From assembly GCA_000708835.1 (NCBI GenBank), contig DF236951.1, positions 434,101-498,100 of the forward strand: 64,000 nucleotides of DNA, written 5' to 3'. Source of the stretch: Klebsormidium nitens (lineage: Eukaryota > Plantae > Klebsormidiophyceae). The notes beneath the pieces are model-generated. The model was not told the DNA's origin. It did no database searches and saw only the letters and a program-made list of their open reading frames with translations. The position numbers and the translations under genes are program-made. Numbering within the stretch: position 1 is the first letter of the stretch; each line of letters begins with the position of its first letter. Shown piece after piece: positions 34,701 to 47,018 of this stretch.

Positions 34701-37700
34701 TTCACTTTCAGCAGCCGCAGCAGCGCGAGCGGCACGTACAGCCGCGCCATGTCGTCCGTCACGGCCTTCATGCGCGCGCGCCCGTCCGCGGGGCTGCCGC
34801 CACGTGTCCCCTTCTGGGGGGTCGCCGTGTACGGGAACTGCTCCAGGATCTTCCGGATGATTCGCAGCGTCTCGGGACCCGGCTCCACGCAGTGCGGCGG
34901 GTGCGTGGCGGCCCCCTTCCGGTCGGTCGCCTGCAACCGGGTGACCAGAAGATCGACATGCGCCAGCACCGCAGCACACGCGCTGCGGGAACTGAGCGCT
35001 TCCCCCCCTGCCGCAGGCGCCTCGCTCGGCGCGCGGCTCAGCTGGGGCGTCTGTGGTGGCTCAGGGGTCGTCGCCCTGGACGTTTGTCCCGCCTCTAGTT
35101 CTAGACTGCTTTCCAACCTCCGGGGGATGGACAGCTCCCGGGCGGAAATCAAACTCCCCGCACGGCTGATGTCGTCATCATGCGACTCGAGCAGACACAG
35201 CATGTCGTCAGCGCAGGGAAGGACGGTTCCGACGGCACGTGCCGTGTCGGGCTGGGAGATGACGGAGCTGTCGAGGGAGTCGAGGGAGGTCAAGAACAGC
35301 GGCCGCGGGCGCTCGGTGATGGTCATGTCCAGGCGCTGCTCGGGGCCGAATTCGACGGTCACGGATGCGTCGGCGCCGTCTAGGGAAGACTGCACCAGGA
35401 ATTGAGAGCAGGAGTTGGAGGAGAATGAGTGCTGAAAGCTAAGCATTGCAGGAAGAGTGAGGAGGCCTTCCAAATTTGGAAGATCGTTGTGGCGCGCATG
35501 CGAGCATGCCAAGTGGCGTATGCGGCAGTCATCAAGCTACTGGCGCCGCTGAGGATACGTCGGAACGCTTCAGGGTTGACGACGAAACTTTCAAAAGCTT
35601 TCAACCAGCAGGTAATCTTACAAAGCTGGAAACGCGAAGATATGGTCGAAGTTAAGGAAGGTTTGTGACGCCACAAAGTGCCGAAGGGGGGCGGCCTGCC
35701 ACTTTTGAGAAATGCACGAAAGAGAAAGAGATTTGTGGAGGATGATATGCGGCCTTGTGTGCGTTCGCAGAGTCGGAGCCAAAGCGAAATGAGCCGACTT
35801 GAACGCACAGAAGGGGTGATCATTGCTTTGTCAAGCAGGGCAGCGACCTCAAAAGATATGACGAGAGCGCCTCGATTGCAGGTCTTTGGAGCATTCCGCG
35901 AGAAACGGGGCAAGCAGCACCTTGATGAAGACCTAGGGATCGAAAGACATTCAAAGAGAAGGTGCATACAAACAGCTCTTTTGCGTCAGAAAGAGTTCGC
36001 TAGTACGTGCGCCTGTGCAGAAACAGACGGGGCAAGTAATCGAAGAAAGAAAACACCTCTATCAAAGAAGCAGTCATCGAGGGCCACTGCAACCCCACGA
36101 CCATAAGGTGTTTCTAGACGTTGAGAGTAACAATGCATGAACCAATCTCCCTGGATCCATCCAACACACGCTCCGTCCCCCTCTGTAGTATCCCCGCAGT
36201 TTCACGCACCCAACGTCCTTGCAGCGGGAACAGAACGTGAAACACAAAGCATGTAATTTCAAGTGCCTTACACGTATTTTGCAAAAGAAGAGTGACTCAC
36301 CAAGCGCCGCAACGCCTTCAAGTTGGCTGCGTCCATCAGCCCCGGGTGGCTCGAAAACAACAGCGCCAAGTTCAAAGTGAACACCAGCGACCCTCGCGCT
36401 GCTGCCAGCTCAATCAGCAGCCCTGCAGCCATGCGCGCCCCCGGCCCTTGGCTCGCAACGACTTCCATGAGGTAACTGCATACTCGCTCGATCCCCTCTA
36501 GTTGGACGCTTGCGAGTTCCCCAAAGAACGAGAGCGGGGGGAGCGCGGAGAGGATGCCGCACGCGCTCTTGAGCATGCGCGTGCGCAGCTCGCCGCTCTG
36601 TTCCAGCAGGCCGAAGAAGAGCTCCAGCCCGGCCTTGACAGCGATCTGGGAGGACGAGCCAGGGCAAGATTCGTCAGTGATGCTTCTCCTGCTTTCAAAT
36701 CTCGATGTTGTACAGAAGTGTATTATGCTTGGTAAGATGATGCGGATCCCGCCACAGGCCATTTGTAGGATGGACGATAATCCTACATTGAAACAGGACA
36801 GCACAAGTATTCTGGATGTCGTCCCAATCTTGCAACTGCGGTGGATGGGATCTGCGGAACATGAAACTTAATTGTCATCATGAGGATGGAGTAGAAGGTA
36901 TTGAGTGTGGAAGGAGTGACGCAGTATGTACAGCTAGTCAGGCTTCAGATGTGAATGTGAAGCATGTCACGAGAGAATCATGATTGAATGCTCTGAAGTA
37001 CTCAGAGTGCATGCACTTTGTCAGAGCCAGCCAGCAGATTAGTTGAGACTCTCTGAGGGCCTGATCCTGGACACAACTGCAAGATGAGCAAGTTGGAGGT
37101 TTCGCTACAAAAGTCCAAATCAGAATGTAAAGACCTTGATCCAAGCCACTGCCCAGTTTTGACACCCATTACTGTCCAGAAGACGCCGCAACCTACAAAA
37201 ACACTGGCTGCTTATTGTCAACGTACAGCACAGATAGCCGCAGCATCCGAAGAAGTGTCCTCTCAGTCCTAAACACAGTGATGCTTTTCAGGGGATTCTG
37301 AGAAACGGTCAAAGCGTGTTGCGCCATGAAAGGACAGATGTTGCCTTTAGTAAAAGCTGCATTATGACGCTTCAACAAACCTCAGGTTCGCTGAGCACAA
37401 TGGCACTTCAAATGTGCTCTGTTGCATGAAATGCAGCCATACGATCTGGCAGATAACTGTACAATCTTGGGTCACTTCTGGTGTCCTCAAAGAAAGTGTG
37501 TCAACATTCGAGTGCTTTATGACTACTTCTGTCCAGTCAGCTAGATTTCTGAAAAAAATAACATGGGGCTTCACTCAGCGGTCAAAATTGGAACTGGCAG
37601 AAAAGTTCCATTTGTTCATGACTATGTTGAGTTGGGTGAGGGGATCCATACTTCAGATCAAGCATGACCAATTTTCCACCAGAACATTGTGTGAGGAAAG

Positions 37701-38466
37701 GATGTGTGCATAGCAGTGGGGTCATATTTTCTATGCTCCCTTGCTTACTCTGGCTATATTAAGCTGCAAAAAAGTCTGCTGCAGCATCTGAACCGCCTAG
37801 GAACCACGTCGAATGTGTGGTGCTCGGAATCTATTAGTTTTGCTTTGACGGCAGGAATAAGATCAGATTTGCATGCGGCGGCCGACACCACGCTAACAAC
37901 CTTAGCTGCTTGATTGCTTCACAAATGAATGATGTCCAAAGGAGGAGTTCCCGCAAGCTGCCAACTCCAGTCGACATACAGAATGCAAGCCGCCAACTCC
38001 AGATGACAAACAGAAACATCCACCATTGGAGGCGGAACTAGAATGTTCACACCAGAATAGGCTTTCAAACTGAGAGAGGTTTGAAATAAGGTTCCGCCAA
38101 GTCACCTCATTGACACACGCCGCTGCCCTTCCCTGCGCAGGTTCGCTCTTCGGCTCCGCTTCCGACGAGCTCCTGTCTGTTATGGCCTGCCTGGGCTGAC
38201 GCCCTGCGCCTAGTTGCGCTTTTGCCTCCTGTGCAAGGCCAGCTCTGAGCAACAGTGCGGCGTCCTTCTCTGCAGCGGCCAGCGTGTCCGCCAGCCAGCG
38301 CTGCCAGACCGAAACCCTAGCTCGCCGCATGGTGGTGACATCTTGCAAGAGCTTGGAAAGCGCCTTGGCGTTGCCTTTCTGGGACGGCAGGTCCGCCTCC
38401 TTTGGCCGGGCCTTCAGTGCGGCCCTGCTCGGTAGGCCGAGCTCCATCAGGGACGGACTCATGCGC
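10796..38466 (-). CDS. Giant HERC1/HERC2-type HECT E3 ubiquitin ligase, about 30 exons, roughly 4000-5000 aa by rough exon sum. Order from the N-terminus: unassigned region, SPRY, CUB-like, 8-Cys motif, DOC/APC10, UBA, CUB-like, SPRY, UBA, HECT, acidic tail. 5' end unresolved.
   Basis: A collinear series of GC-rich minus-strand exons with GT-AG ends. HECT N-lobe: FEGEGGTDHGGLFRESLHDACAELQSDALPLFIQCPNGRNNVGFNRDTWVPNP (about 14165-14345). C-lobe: [28 protein letters not shown]...LPQSHTCFFTLDLPNYSSEAVLRAKLLYAVHNCKAIDTD, with the catalytic Cys at 12171-12173. The last exons are 11556-11272 and 10954-10796 (TAG). Not every internal exon boundary was verified. Confidence 0.88.
12077..14900 (-). other. 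HECT catalytic domain exons
   Basis: Exons at about 14900-14685, 14345-14165, 13750-13520, 13130-12870 and 12344-12077 carry HERC-type HECT motifs (GEGG..GG.FRE, NRD.W.PNP, FVWKQLIG, TWRELERRICGRPEIDV, SHTCFF.LDLP.Y). Confidence 0.92.
12281..12500 (-). repeat. Tandem duplication of a 3' splice site plus ~65 nt of exon head (HECT C-lobe exon)
   Basis: cag|GTGGCGGTTTGGTTCTGGAATGTGATGGAGAGCCTGACCAACGAGGACCGCGTCAAGTTCCT at 12497 matches cag|GTGGCGATCTGGTTCTGGAACGTGATGGAGAGCCTGACCAACGAGGACCGCGTCAAGTTCCT at 12344. Confidence 0.9.
15650..15790 (-). other. UBA domain (a second UBA lies at about 19640-19760)
   Basis: AARQLAALGYPLAAAEKALAIAGNDVSAAASWLVNNP; second copy VNRMADDLCDVGFAEDLCKRAVIKAGGNLGEAAQWL. 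Confidence 0.8.
15900..16260 (-). other. SPRY/B30.2 domain (second copy)
   Basis: TTVLCSSEMRHGTGLYSIEFEVVGNDQCLVGVA...YLGDHGEAWGLFAQTG...FTTGDRIGVHFDSDDGTLRFSKND. Confidence 0.85.
21330..22320 (-). other. DOC/APC10 domain split over two exons
   Basis: VSSNPSSAASLLEPGTENYWQSSGPEATHWIRLHV...SYCPDNVIVRG plus MRVIQINIKSTIGRGIDTRVHGIRCWG. Confidence 0.85.
31510..32393 (-). other. SPRY domain (first copy), two exons
   Basis: STVMGSRGFTAGKHSWDVRVDQHASNMRLGVA...NTWVYHANGHLLH plus FDAGDTIRCHLDMDRGTLRFSKNG...GEVFPVASF. Confidence 0.85.
32330..32700 (-). repeat. Three copies of the acceptor plus exon head of the first SPRY exon
   Basis: gctgacgccag|GTGACGAACATCAGCCTGACTGCGCGCAAGACGCGCAAC occurs at 32393 (functional) and 32545 (near-identical). 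A decayed third copy at about 32640-32700 lacks the AG. Confidence 0.88.
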
Positions 38467-38838
38467 CTAGGATCATTTGACGCGTAATTGAAATTCAGAT
38501 AGTGGCATCCCCTCTGTGCATGAAATGTCAACTTGTCAAAGTGAACAACTGGAAAACAAGCAAGAGTGCTGTGAAGTGCTGACGTTCAATCCACACTTCA
38601 GGTGCAGAGCGCGAGACTTCCTGCTGCTAAAAATGGTGGTTCGCTCAGCTCAGAAGCAGATCAGAATAGTGCTCCCTGCAGGCTGCAAGAGCTCCCAAAG
38701 TGCCATGATTCTAGGCGCTAGAGCCCACATTATGCCCGAGCAGACGCGAGCAGAGAAGTCTTCCGCTCATCAGCCAAACCCCAAACACTTTCTCCAAAAG
38801 CGTCTTATCCACTTTTTGGCAGGAAGCTCAGAAGCCAC

Positions 38839-39178
38839 CGCTTGCAGTGGCGCTTCGTTTGCTGCACAGTTTCTGTACAATATGGTATCGAAGCGCAAGG
38901 ATGTACCACTTGGGATTAAACTTAAAGCTAAGGTACTGGTATGAGGAGAAATTCAATCAGCTGATGTCAATATTACTGGCCAGCGGACGACTTGGAGGAT
39001 TCCATGCCGTGCCAATCTGTGCGCGCGGTTAGTGCATCGACCGTTCAGAATGCACATACGTTCCAATCGTACGGTCTCAAGCTAGGACCCAACTGTATTC
39101 CACATCGAACGTCGAAGCTGCCGTTTCCAACTCCCGTGCAAGCGTGAGCACCAGGCCGAGGCAACTGAACATGTAGCC
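38839..39178 (-). other. Two candidate upstream exons of the HECT gene (39178-39060 and 38935-38839)
   Basis: Both have plausible acceptors (actaac...ccccag, ctcctcataccag), GT donors and open frames (LHVQLPRPG...PYDWN; YLSFKFNPKWYILALRYH...). I could not link them in phase to the 38466 exon. Confidence 0.35.
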
Positions 39179-39943
39179 CTGGGGCAAAGCGTTAGTGCGG
39201 TACTGTACTTCGAAGATGGAGGATACCCCATCTATGGATGCCCCAGATGTCCAGTGTCCTTGTAAGTTGTAAGGAGTCAAGGTACTTTTACTTCCGTATA
39301 AGATTGCTGTAACAGGTATGAGCACATTGAGCTGTGATTAGAGCTGCTGATCACGATCTCGAGCTCAGGATTTTCAGGTGGTGCAAGCCTTGCCTTAAGA
39401 GGACGGTGAAGGGCCACATAATCTACAGCTGTCGGTGGAAAGGTCAGTGAGCTTCTCAAAAGCACCAAATAGAATGCTCTATGGGGCATTGAGTATCTGT
39501 GTGCGGCCTTGACATTGGGACAGGGCTGAGGCAAGCAGATCATTGGAGCTCGACAAGCCTTTACAAGAAAGACCAATACTAACGGGCATGAGCCAAGCCT
39601 TGCAGCCAAAACTCGAAGGGAGAACAGCTCCACTGTGAAAGACACTCGACGTTGGCCGATCACATGGGGCATTTGCCCTCCTCAAGCATAGGCTGGATTG
39701 TATCTTCAAACATGAGAAGTGCTGGTCACGAGCACCGGGTGCTAGCTACGTTATAGTCGAGTACTCATTCACGTCCCAGTGCACTCCCAGCCCATGTGGC
39801 AAATCTGCAGTGAGTACACGCAACATTGCCGGTAAAGTTTCTAGGACGAGCTGAGCGGCCCATTACCAGACGCACCTTGCTATCATAGCAATTGGTAGTG
39901 CTACAGACGTAGTGCTTCAGATTGCTGCACCGGGCCAGTCAAA

Positions 39944-42900
39944 ATGAGTGCGTTCTGGAGAAAGTTCCGGACGGCGGTGCGCTTCCTCAACAAGGCCAAG
40001 GGGCCGGCCGAGAAGAGTGCGGACCAAGCGAGCGAGCGAGAGCTGGTGGCCTGCCAAGTGGCGATCCTGCAAAAGTCGCCGGTGAGCACTCTGGTGCATC
40101 AAAGTGAAAACGTATTCCCGCTTCTCAAGCAGGTCTGTCCAGAGTGTGGGATCTGAGTACCTTCTTACACGGAGTCGAAAGTGTCATTACCACCCAAGCA
40201 TCATCACTCCATCATATGGATTGGCTTTCGCTTGCTTGTCATTGGCGCTGCAGAGCTGTGATACAAAGATTGCAGCCCTGAGCAGCCAGACATGAGCGCA
40301 AGCTGCGGCCGAGCAAACTGGCAACATTTCAAATTGATTGCTGGGGTTGGGCCGTTCTTGAGTTGAGTTGAGCTGATGGACCCTTGACGTTTGCCGGATG
40401 TGATTGCACCGTTAGTTACACTTTTGAGAATTTGCTTTGAACTTCAGGGGCTTGAGTCCAAGCAATTCTGGGGCCAGGTTTTGGGGCCAGGTCTAAGAAT
40501 CAAATGGGCAAAAAACTATATAGACATAAAGCCTCCCCCTCTCACTTTCCGCTAGTGCTTGGCCGTCTTTATGTAAGTCTCCCACTATCAACATCCTTCA
40601 CGGCAGCCCCCATGCCCCAACCAGGAGCTGGCTGACGTCATCCTTCGTGCTGACGTCATCACAGGAGGCAAGGACCGACGAAGACCTGGCAGTGATCGAC
40701 GACATACTGAAGTCGGTCAAGTTCACCGCTGAACTGCCGCTCCGAGTGCGACTTGAGATCTGCAAGAACTGCACGTACAAGCAAGGCGCCGCAGGCCAAG
40801 AGCTCTTCAAACAGGTGCTCTTTTGAAGGATTTTTCTTGTCGGTTCGGATACTCTTTGGCCAGGTCCCCGAAACAATCAGTGGTTAATTTGGAGTCTCGT
40901 CTGGCCAAGAGAATCCAGGTGATCGACAAACCCGGTATACTCCACTGGTTCGGATAATGAGTTGACGCTGCTGACAGCTCCTACTTATTGTCATATGCAC
41001 GCCTGACGAGTTCGATGAGGTTGGACTGTGGTTGACAGGACTTTCGACGTGCACAATCAGTTGGTGCAATCAGTGGCTCGATTAGTATTGTGCTGTAAAG
41101 GGGGACGTGTTCAAAGCCCTATCTGTGACCTCCTGTTTTCACAAGCTAAGCCACAGACGGCTCTGGGCCGAGCGAAGTTTCACTTCGCAGCCTTTGGCAC
41201 TTGTGGACAAATGACGGGCCGCTTTGGCCGTTTGAAACGCTGTCCGGACTAGTCGAACGGAACGCCTTTGGGTTATACGATTACTGGTCTCCTTCACATT
41301 CTTACGTACCACCTAGGACGACTGGCCTCGACGTTCAAACACTCGAAATGTGGGCTCATTAGACCCGCAATTGGGGACCGTTGGTCCTATCTTCGACGGA
41401 CCCGTCATTGGGGACTGTTGGTCCTATCTTTGACAAACCAATTGCTTTGATGTTAGAAGAGCATCTAATCGAAGACATTCGTAGCCGCTCGCCCAAGAAA
41501 GAGAAGAGATGATTATACTCGTTTAGTAATATAGTCTTACCGACTACTCCCTTGCAGGGCGACTCCGGCAAAGAGTTCTTCATCATCCTCTCGGGCATCG
41601 TCACGTGTTCGGCGATCAACACCAGCACGGGCCAGGCCTCCGTGGTCGCCCGGTTGACCATCCACCAGTCTTTCGGCGAGCGGGGGCTCCAATCAAAAAA
41701 CGCCACGCGGCAGGAGACGGTGACCCTCGAGAGCCGCTGCGACTTCCTCGTCATTAGCAGGGACAACTTTGACGTCATCAACCAGCATCTGCAGTCGAAC
41801 GAGAGCCGGAAGAAAGTGGACTTCCTGAGGAATGTGGGCGTGTTCGCGCACTTGCCCCAGTCTAGTTTGCAGATGATCGCCACGGCGATGGCGGCCCGCA
41901 CGTGCCCCAAAGTAAGCTCGCGTCTCTAGTTGTCTTCCATCTGCGCTTCTCTCCCTCTCCGATCTCGAATTCACTTGAGGATCCACAAAACCGTTTCACA
42001 TGATTTCGCGCCTCCGCAATCGAGCCTCCCGATCACTTTGCGGCAAGGGTGAAAGGCAAGTAGGCTGACAAAGCCCCTTCGAGCATTCGGGTGCGGAATT
42101 GGTCAATAGACTCAGCGTTGGATACGGCAATGGGCGATTCAAACTGTAGACACGTACGGCTGGCTCCCCAAAGCGCGCAGTCAAACGGGGTTGAGCACGT
42201 CCTGTTTTAGGGGCTTGCACTGCTCGTCTGTTCTGCAACGGCCTCCTTAAAAGCATGCGTTCGATCGGGGCGATAGAGCGGTCACTGTTTCCTTCTTTCT
42301 TTTTCCTTTTCGTCATAAAGGCCACCAAAGAATACACGAGCAGTGCAGCAGTGCATTAACCTTTGACTGGACTTCATTTCTTAAGTGACCCAGGCTCTGA
42401 CAGAACCCCATCCCGTGCCCAGAACTCCGTCATCAAGCGCCAGGGCGGCGACAGCACCGAGATCTATTTCCTTGTCACGGGCACGTGCCGCGTCATCCGT
42501 GACGTCACCTTCTCGTCCCGTGAGTCCATCCAACTCTCCAGCCTGTCCCTCGTCCGCGACGCGATCGACAGCGCGTCGGACGCGGCCGCGGGGCGCCGGC
42601 GGCCGGGCGATGCGGCAGCGCCCGACACGATCTTGGGGCTGCCGCTCGCGCCCACTTCCGCCGCGGGAACTTTCGCTCTACCGGCGTCGCTGGCCGTTCC
42701 GCTGACCAGGACGGAAGGGCAAAGGAGCTCCGCGGAAGCGGCAGGTTCTGAGGACGGGCAAGAGGAGAGCGGAACCCCATCGACCGCACGAGAAGCTGAA
42801 GCGGAAGAAGATGATAAGGAGGGGGCTCTTATTGGCGTGGATAAGCGAGCGGACGATCCCATAAGCGCGGAGACAGTGGAAAGTCGCAAAAGCCGCGTCT

Positions 42901-44427
42901 CGTTTCAACTGCCTTCGAGCACCCCTCCCGAGCGGGGGCGGTCCGGGACCTCCAGCCAGAGCCGGCGGAAATCGTCCGATCCGGTTGGGCGGACCCCGGA
43001 TTCCGCTCCGAGTACTAGCGGCCGCGAGCGGACCGACTTTCCTGCGCGCGCTTATGCGGGGGCGGGGGAGAACGTATCCCCGAAGCGCACGAGCAGCGGT
43101 CCCCCGTCGTTCCGGGCTCCGCCCGAGCCGTTCTTTCCGGCCGGAATCAACCCCAGCCACGGCGAGCGGATCTACCCTTGGGAGCGGTCGCAAAAGTGGC
43201 CCAAAACGACCCCGCGCTCGCGTTCTGCGTCGCCGCCGCACGTGACCGAGAGCCCGCGCGCGCGGCGCGCGCGCGCGAGCGCGGACCCGTACTCGAGCAA
43301 GCGCCTGACGGTGACGCAGATGCTGCGCGCGATGCCGAAGCGGAAGGAGAAGTCGCGGCGGCTGTTTCTAGAACTGGGTCAGTTGAACCCGCCCGCGTAT
43401 TTCGGCGAAGCAGGCTTGCTGCGGAACGAGGCGCGGTGGACGACTATTGTGGCGGCGACAAATGTAGAGGTGCGGGTCGCAGGAACGATATTTTGATTGG
43501 ATTTTTGAAGTTTGGGGACTTGGAAAACGGAAAACTCAGGAAGCGTTCCAAATGCCCTCCGGGTCTGATATTAGCAAGTCAAGATGGTTGTGTTTTCTTC
43601 CTGTGAGTTTCGAAGCTGCTCTCCGCTATTTACAGACGCTCTATATGATTGTCAAGTGTCAAGTGTCGATCGCGCAACCGTATCATAGACAAAGGCCAAG
43701 CCTTTGTTTTGCGACTGGTTGAACTTGAGACCCTGAGGTTTCGAACTCCAAATTTGTCCGCAAGCGTACGGAATCTGCAGATGGCACGGATGTTAATCTT
43801 TGCGTTCTCAAAAGGCGCCTGAAACACGGTTCAACTTTTCTTTCCGCAGCTTTACGTTATGAACAAGCTCGACTTCCAAGTGCGCGTCGGGCGGGATATC
43901 ATCAAGCAGATGGAGCAGCGGATTCCGGAGTATCCGGTGAGAAGCAGCCTCCGTTGAAGCAGATCTCAAACGGAATCGTCACGGGAATACTCGAAGCAAG
44001 ATACATAGACATCATGACCATAGCAACTGAAGGTTGAGGAACTTTTCGGGAGCAAGCAGAGACGAGAAACGACGTGGCTTCATTGCGTCGATTGCTTTAG
44101 CAGGGTCCTCTTTTCAAGCATTCGACATAGAAACTCGATTCTGAGATCTCATTTCCGTTGCCGCAGACCGACGACGCAATCCGGAAGCAGTTTTTGCGGA
44201 ACGTGCTGTGGTCCAACTACAAGGCCGCCCTCGTCTCCGAAGTGACCGCCCACCGGAGCGGAAACGGGAAGCCGACGTCAGCTGTTCCGCTCCCGAGCGC
44301 CAACTTCCGTCAGCCGGACGGTCAGACCGTGCGGTTGCCGCGGCTGCTGGAGCGGAAAACAAATGCGTCCGCGCCAAATGTTAAGCTCCTGAAAGGAGCC
44401 GTTATGCCGATACCCACGTTAGATTGA
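39944..44427 (+). CDS. Cyclic-nucleotide-binding domain protein (two cNMP domains, CNBD2-like); 6 exons
   Basis: Exons 39944-40081, 40665-40814, 41558-41911, 42423-43469, 43850-43936 and 44167-44427 are all phase 0 with GT-AG ends. Motifs: RTDEDLAVIDDIL, LFKQGDSGKEFFIILSG, FGERGL...RQETV, IKRQGGDSTEIYFLVTG, YFGEAGLL...RWTTIVA. Confidence 0.88.
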
Positions 44428-46887
44428 CGTCAGGTCGGGGTCAGATGGTGACTTTGCAAAGAAAGAGCAAGCTCGCGTAGGAACAGGGAGAGGTATGAGT
44501 TGTCCGCACGAGAAGGACGCCTCCGCTAAGCTCGTGTGAGCTGCAAGAAGCCGTCAGCTATTTTCACGTTGCAACAGAGTCCGTCTACTAGTCTCTAGCA
44601 TGTTTTTGGGAATAAACGCACCTAGCTTATACTGAGGTACTTTAACCGGCCGGGCTGCTCTGCCCCCCGAGCTTATACAGCATGTGTAGACACGTAGCTG
44701 AATAAGTCTTTTGGAGGAAGAGTCTGAATAGTCCTGTTCAAATGTAATATGGGCTCCTTGCTCCTTCGATATTGGTGATTCACAGAGAATAGCGTTTTGT
44801 CGTCTCACAATACGATGTGATACGGTGTCATTTGTTACCGTGAAGCGAACGAAGAGGATGTGCGGCACTGACGCGCTTATTGTTTCAAGTGGGCTTGAGT
44901 TGCACGGTGGACTCAGCGCCGGCACAAGTCACTTTCTGGCGGATCCGGTCGACCTGGAGCGTCTTTGAAGGCTAGAACATGGCATTGGTTTATCTGCTGC
45001 GCAGTTGAATTTTGTTAACAGTGTTCAAAACTAAGGGCATGGCCCGGCGTACTAACCTTCGAATCCTGCATGGGCCGCGCTTCGTTTGTTCCTTAGGACC
45101 GGATGCATCAGTTTGTTGCAACCAGACTCACGCACCTACATGAAACGTGGCAGCCGGTTTGAGCATCAATCCGATCTTTCTTTGTACGTACGAGCACATT
45201 AAGTTTGTCGTTGTTCTTGCTATGTTATATGTTTCGTGCCACCATGTGGGATTTACGTGAGGGTGGCACAAACACACGAAAATGTTGGAATCGACGATGC
45301 ATAGCACAAGAGCCTGGCATCCTCGGCGCATGCGCAACTTCCCCATTCCTCTCAAACCACGGAGATTCACGGGACGCGACGGTCATGAACCCAGCCTTTG
45401 CATAGACGTTATATGCATGTTGCTGATTCCAACCACAGGCCGCCTCGCCGATGGCCAGGCGTGGATCGGACCTCTGCATGCAACCTTGGGACCCTTGAAT
45501 AATTATGTTCGCTGCCGCAGTGCATTAAACTTTCCATTCATACGAATCGGGCCAAGTTGTCCATTTGCTTTGTCGGCTGAGATCTGATCACGATCGTTAC
45601 GATGCGGCAACTCCTGTGGTTCAATAAGGCCGCTCTGAACTCAAGCCGTTATCCGATCTGAATTTAGAGCGATTTAGAAACAGAACTCTGTACGGAAGCG
45701 GGTTACTGTGCACGTACGTATGGTTAAGTTGGCCTTAGTCTTGATTCGGGCACGCATGGTTTATGATACAGTCATTCTGATAGTTTTACATTTCCTTAGT
45801 ATAACTCACGTGTCAATTGGGTAAAATACATATATTCAATTGGATTAGTGCGAAACCAACAAAGGGCATCAAATCGTATCTGCTCCTGACTTTCGGGGTC
45901 GGTCAATCAAACAACACCCCCTTAGGTCCTGTTGGAGCCCCGCTTCTGTCGTATAAGAATCCAAGTCACGTACACTCATAAGGCAGTGCTGCCATTCAAA
46001 GCCACTCCAGCCAGTCCCCGCCGAAGCCCCTTTGCTGCGAGGAAAAAATAACGCTTCACTAAATAGCTGCTGGCGGCCAGAATCAGCACAAAGAATCTGC
46101 GCAAAACGATCATCGGCCGATCAAGCCGCATCAGATCAGAGCCGGGCAGACGGATGTACTCCGAAGCGAAGAACGATATGTATGCCAACGTCTGCTGAAA
46201 TTCAGTCGGTCCTAAAAACGACATACTGTTTGCGCTTCGAAGGAGTCAAGAATTTGACGCTGACATACGAGCAGTCAGGGACCTCGGATTACTTTTGCCA
46301 AAAGAGTAGAGAAGCTGACAGACACTATGTGTTCTCGTTTGCTAACTTGAGCGTTTGAATGGTGCTCAACACCGGATCTTGATCAGCTTTTGCGGAAGAA
46401 TGAAGTGAACACTGAAAACAAACCTAAAGCAGCATGAACATTAGTATCCAGCTTCGACGACTTGGTTTTAAAGTGGTCAGGTTGAACCCGCACGAAGGCA
46501 AGGTTTCAAGCCCACTCGAGAAAGTACCCAGAAGGCGCTTCTTATCAGGCAGACTCTTGCAGTCGGGCCGCCCACGTTAAACACGCCCGAAAAGCTTATT
46601 AAGGGATCTGGGCCTGAGATCGTTATGCTGAAACCCGGAACTCCCAAGTCGCCGAGTTGGCTAATCCACCTCAGGCAGGGGGCCTGCCGCCTAACTTCTC
46701 AGCCCCCCACAACTCTCGCGAACTGAGTGCCGTCGCAGCAAAACGGAAAATCGAATGCACACGGGCATTGCTTAGCTTGGCTTCCTTTTGAGCTCAATCC
46801 GGGTGATGAAAAGCCTTCTCTCGAATCCGCATTGAGTTTGACGGTGAACTCTCACCCTGAAAGGAACTCCAAGCGCTCAGGGCAGCG

Positions 46888-47018
46888 CTAGCACGCCGCC
46901 TTGCACGTGCCGCTGCAACACAGCTTCCGGTCGGCCGGGCAGCGGAGTCCGTTGAAGTCGTTGCAGTTGGGGCACACCTGGTTGCCGGTGTGATTGACCG
47001 GCTTGTTCGTGCACTTGC
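46888..47018 (-). CDS. E18: terminal exon with the first 8 Cys of a module, then stop
   Basis: ttgcag|GC-KCTNKPVNHTGNQVCPNCNDFNGLRCPADRKLCCSGTCKAAC*; the TAG immediately follows C8. Confidence 0.88.

Noticed and set aside
14739-35405. Long plus-strand and alternative-frame ORFs (e.g. 30217-31872, 34362-35405, 15759-16433, 19567-20319)
   Set aside because: These are shadow ORFs of GC-rich HECT exons, with low-complexity Arg/Ala/Pro products and no domain motifs.
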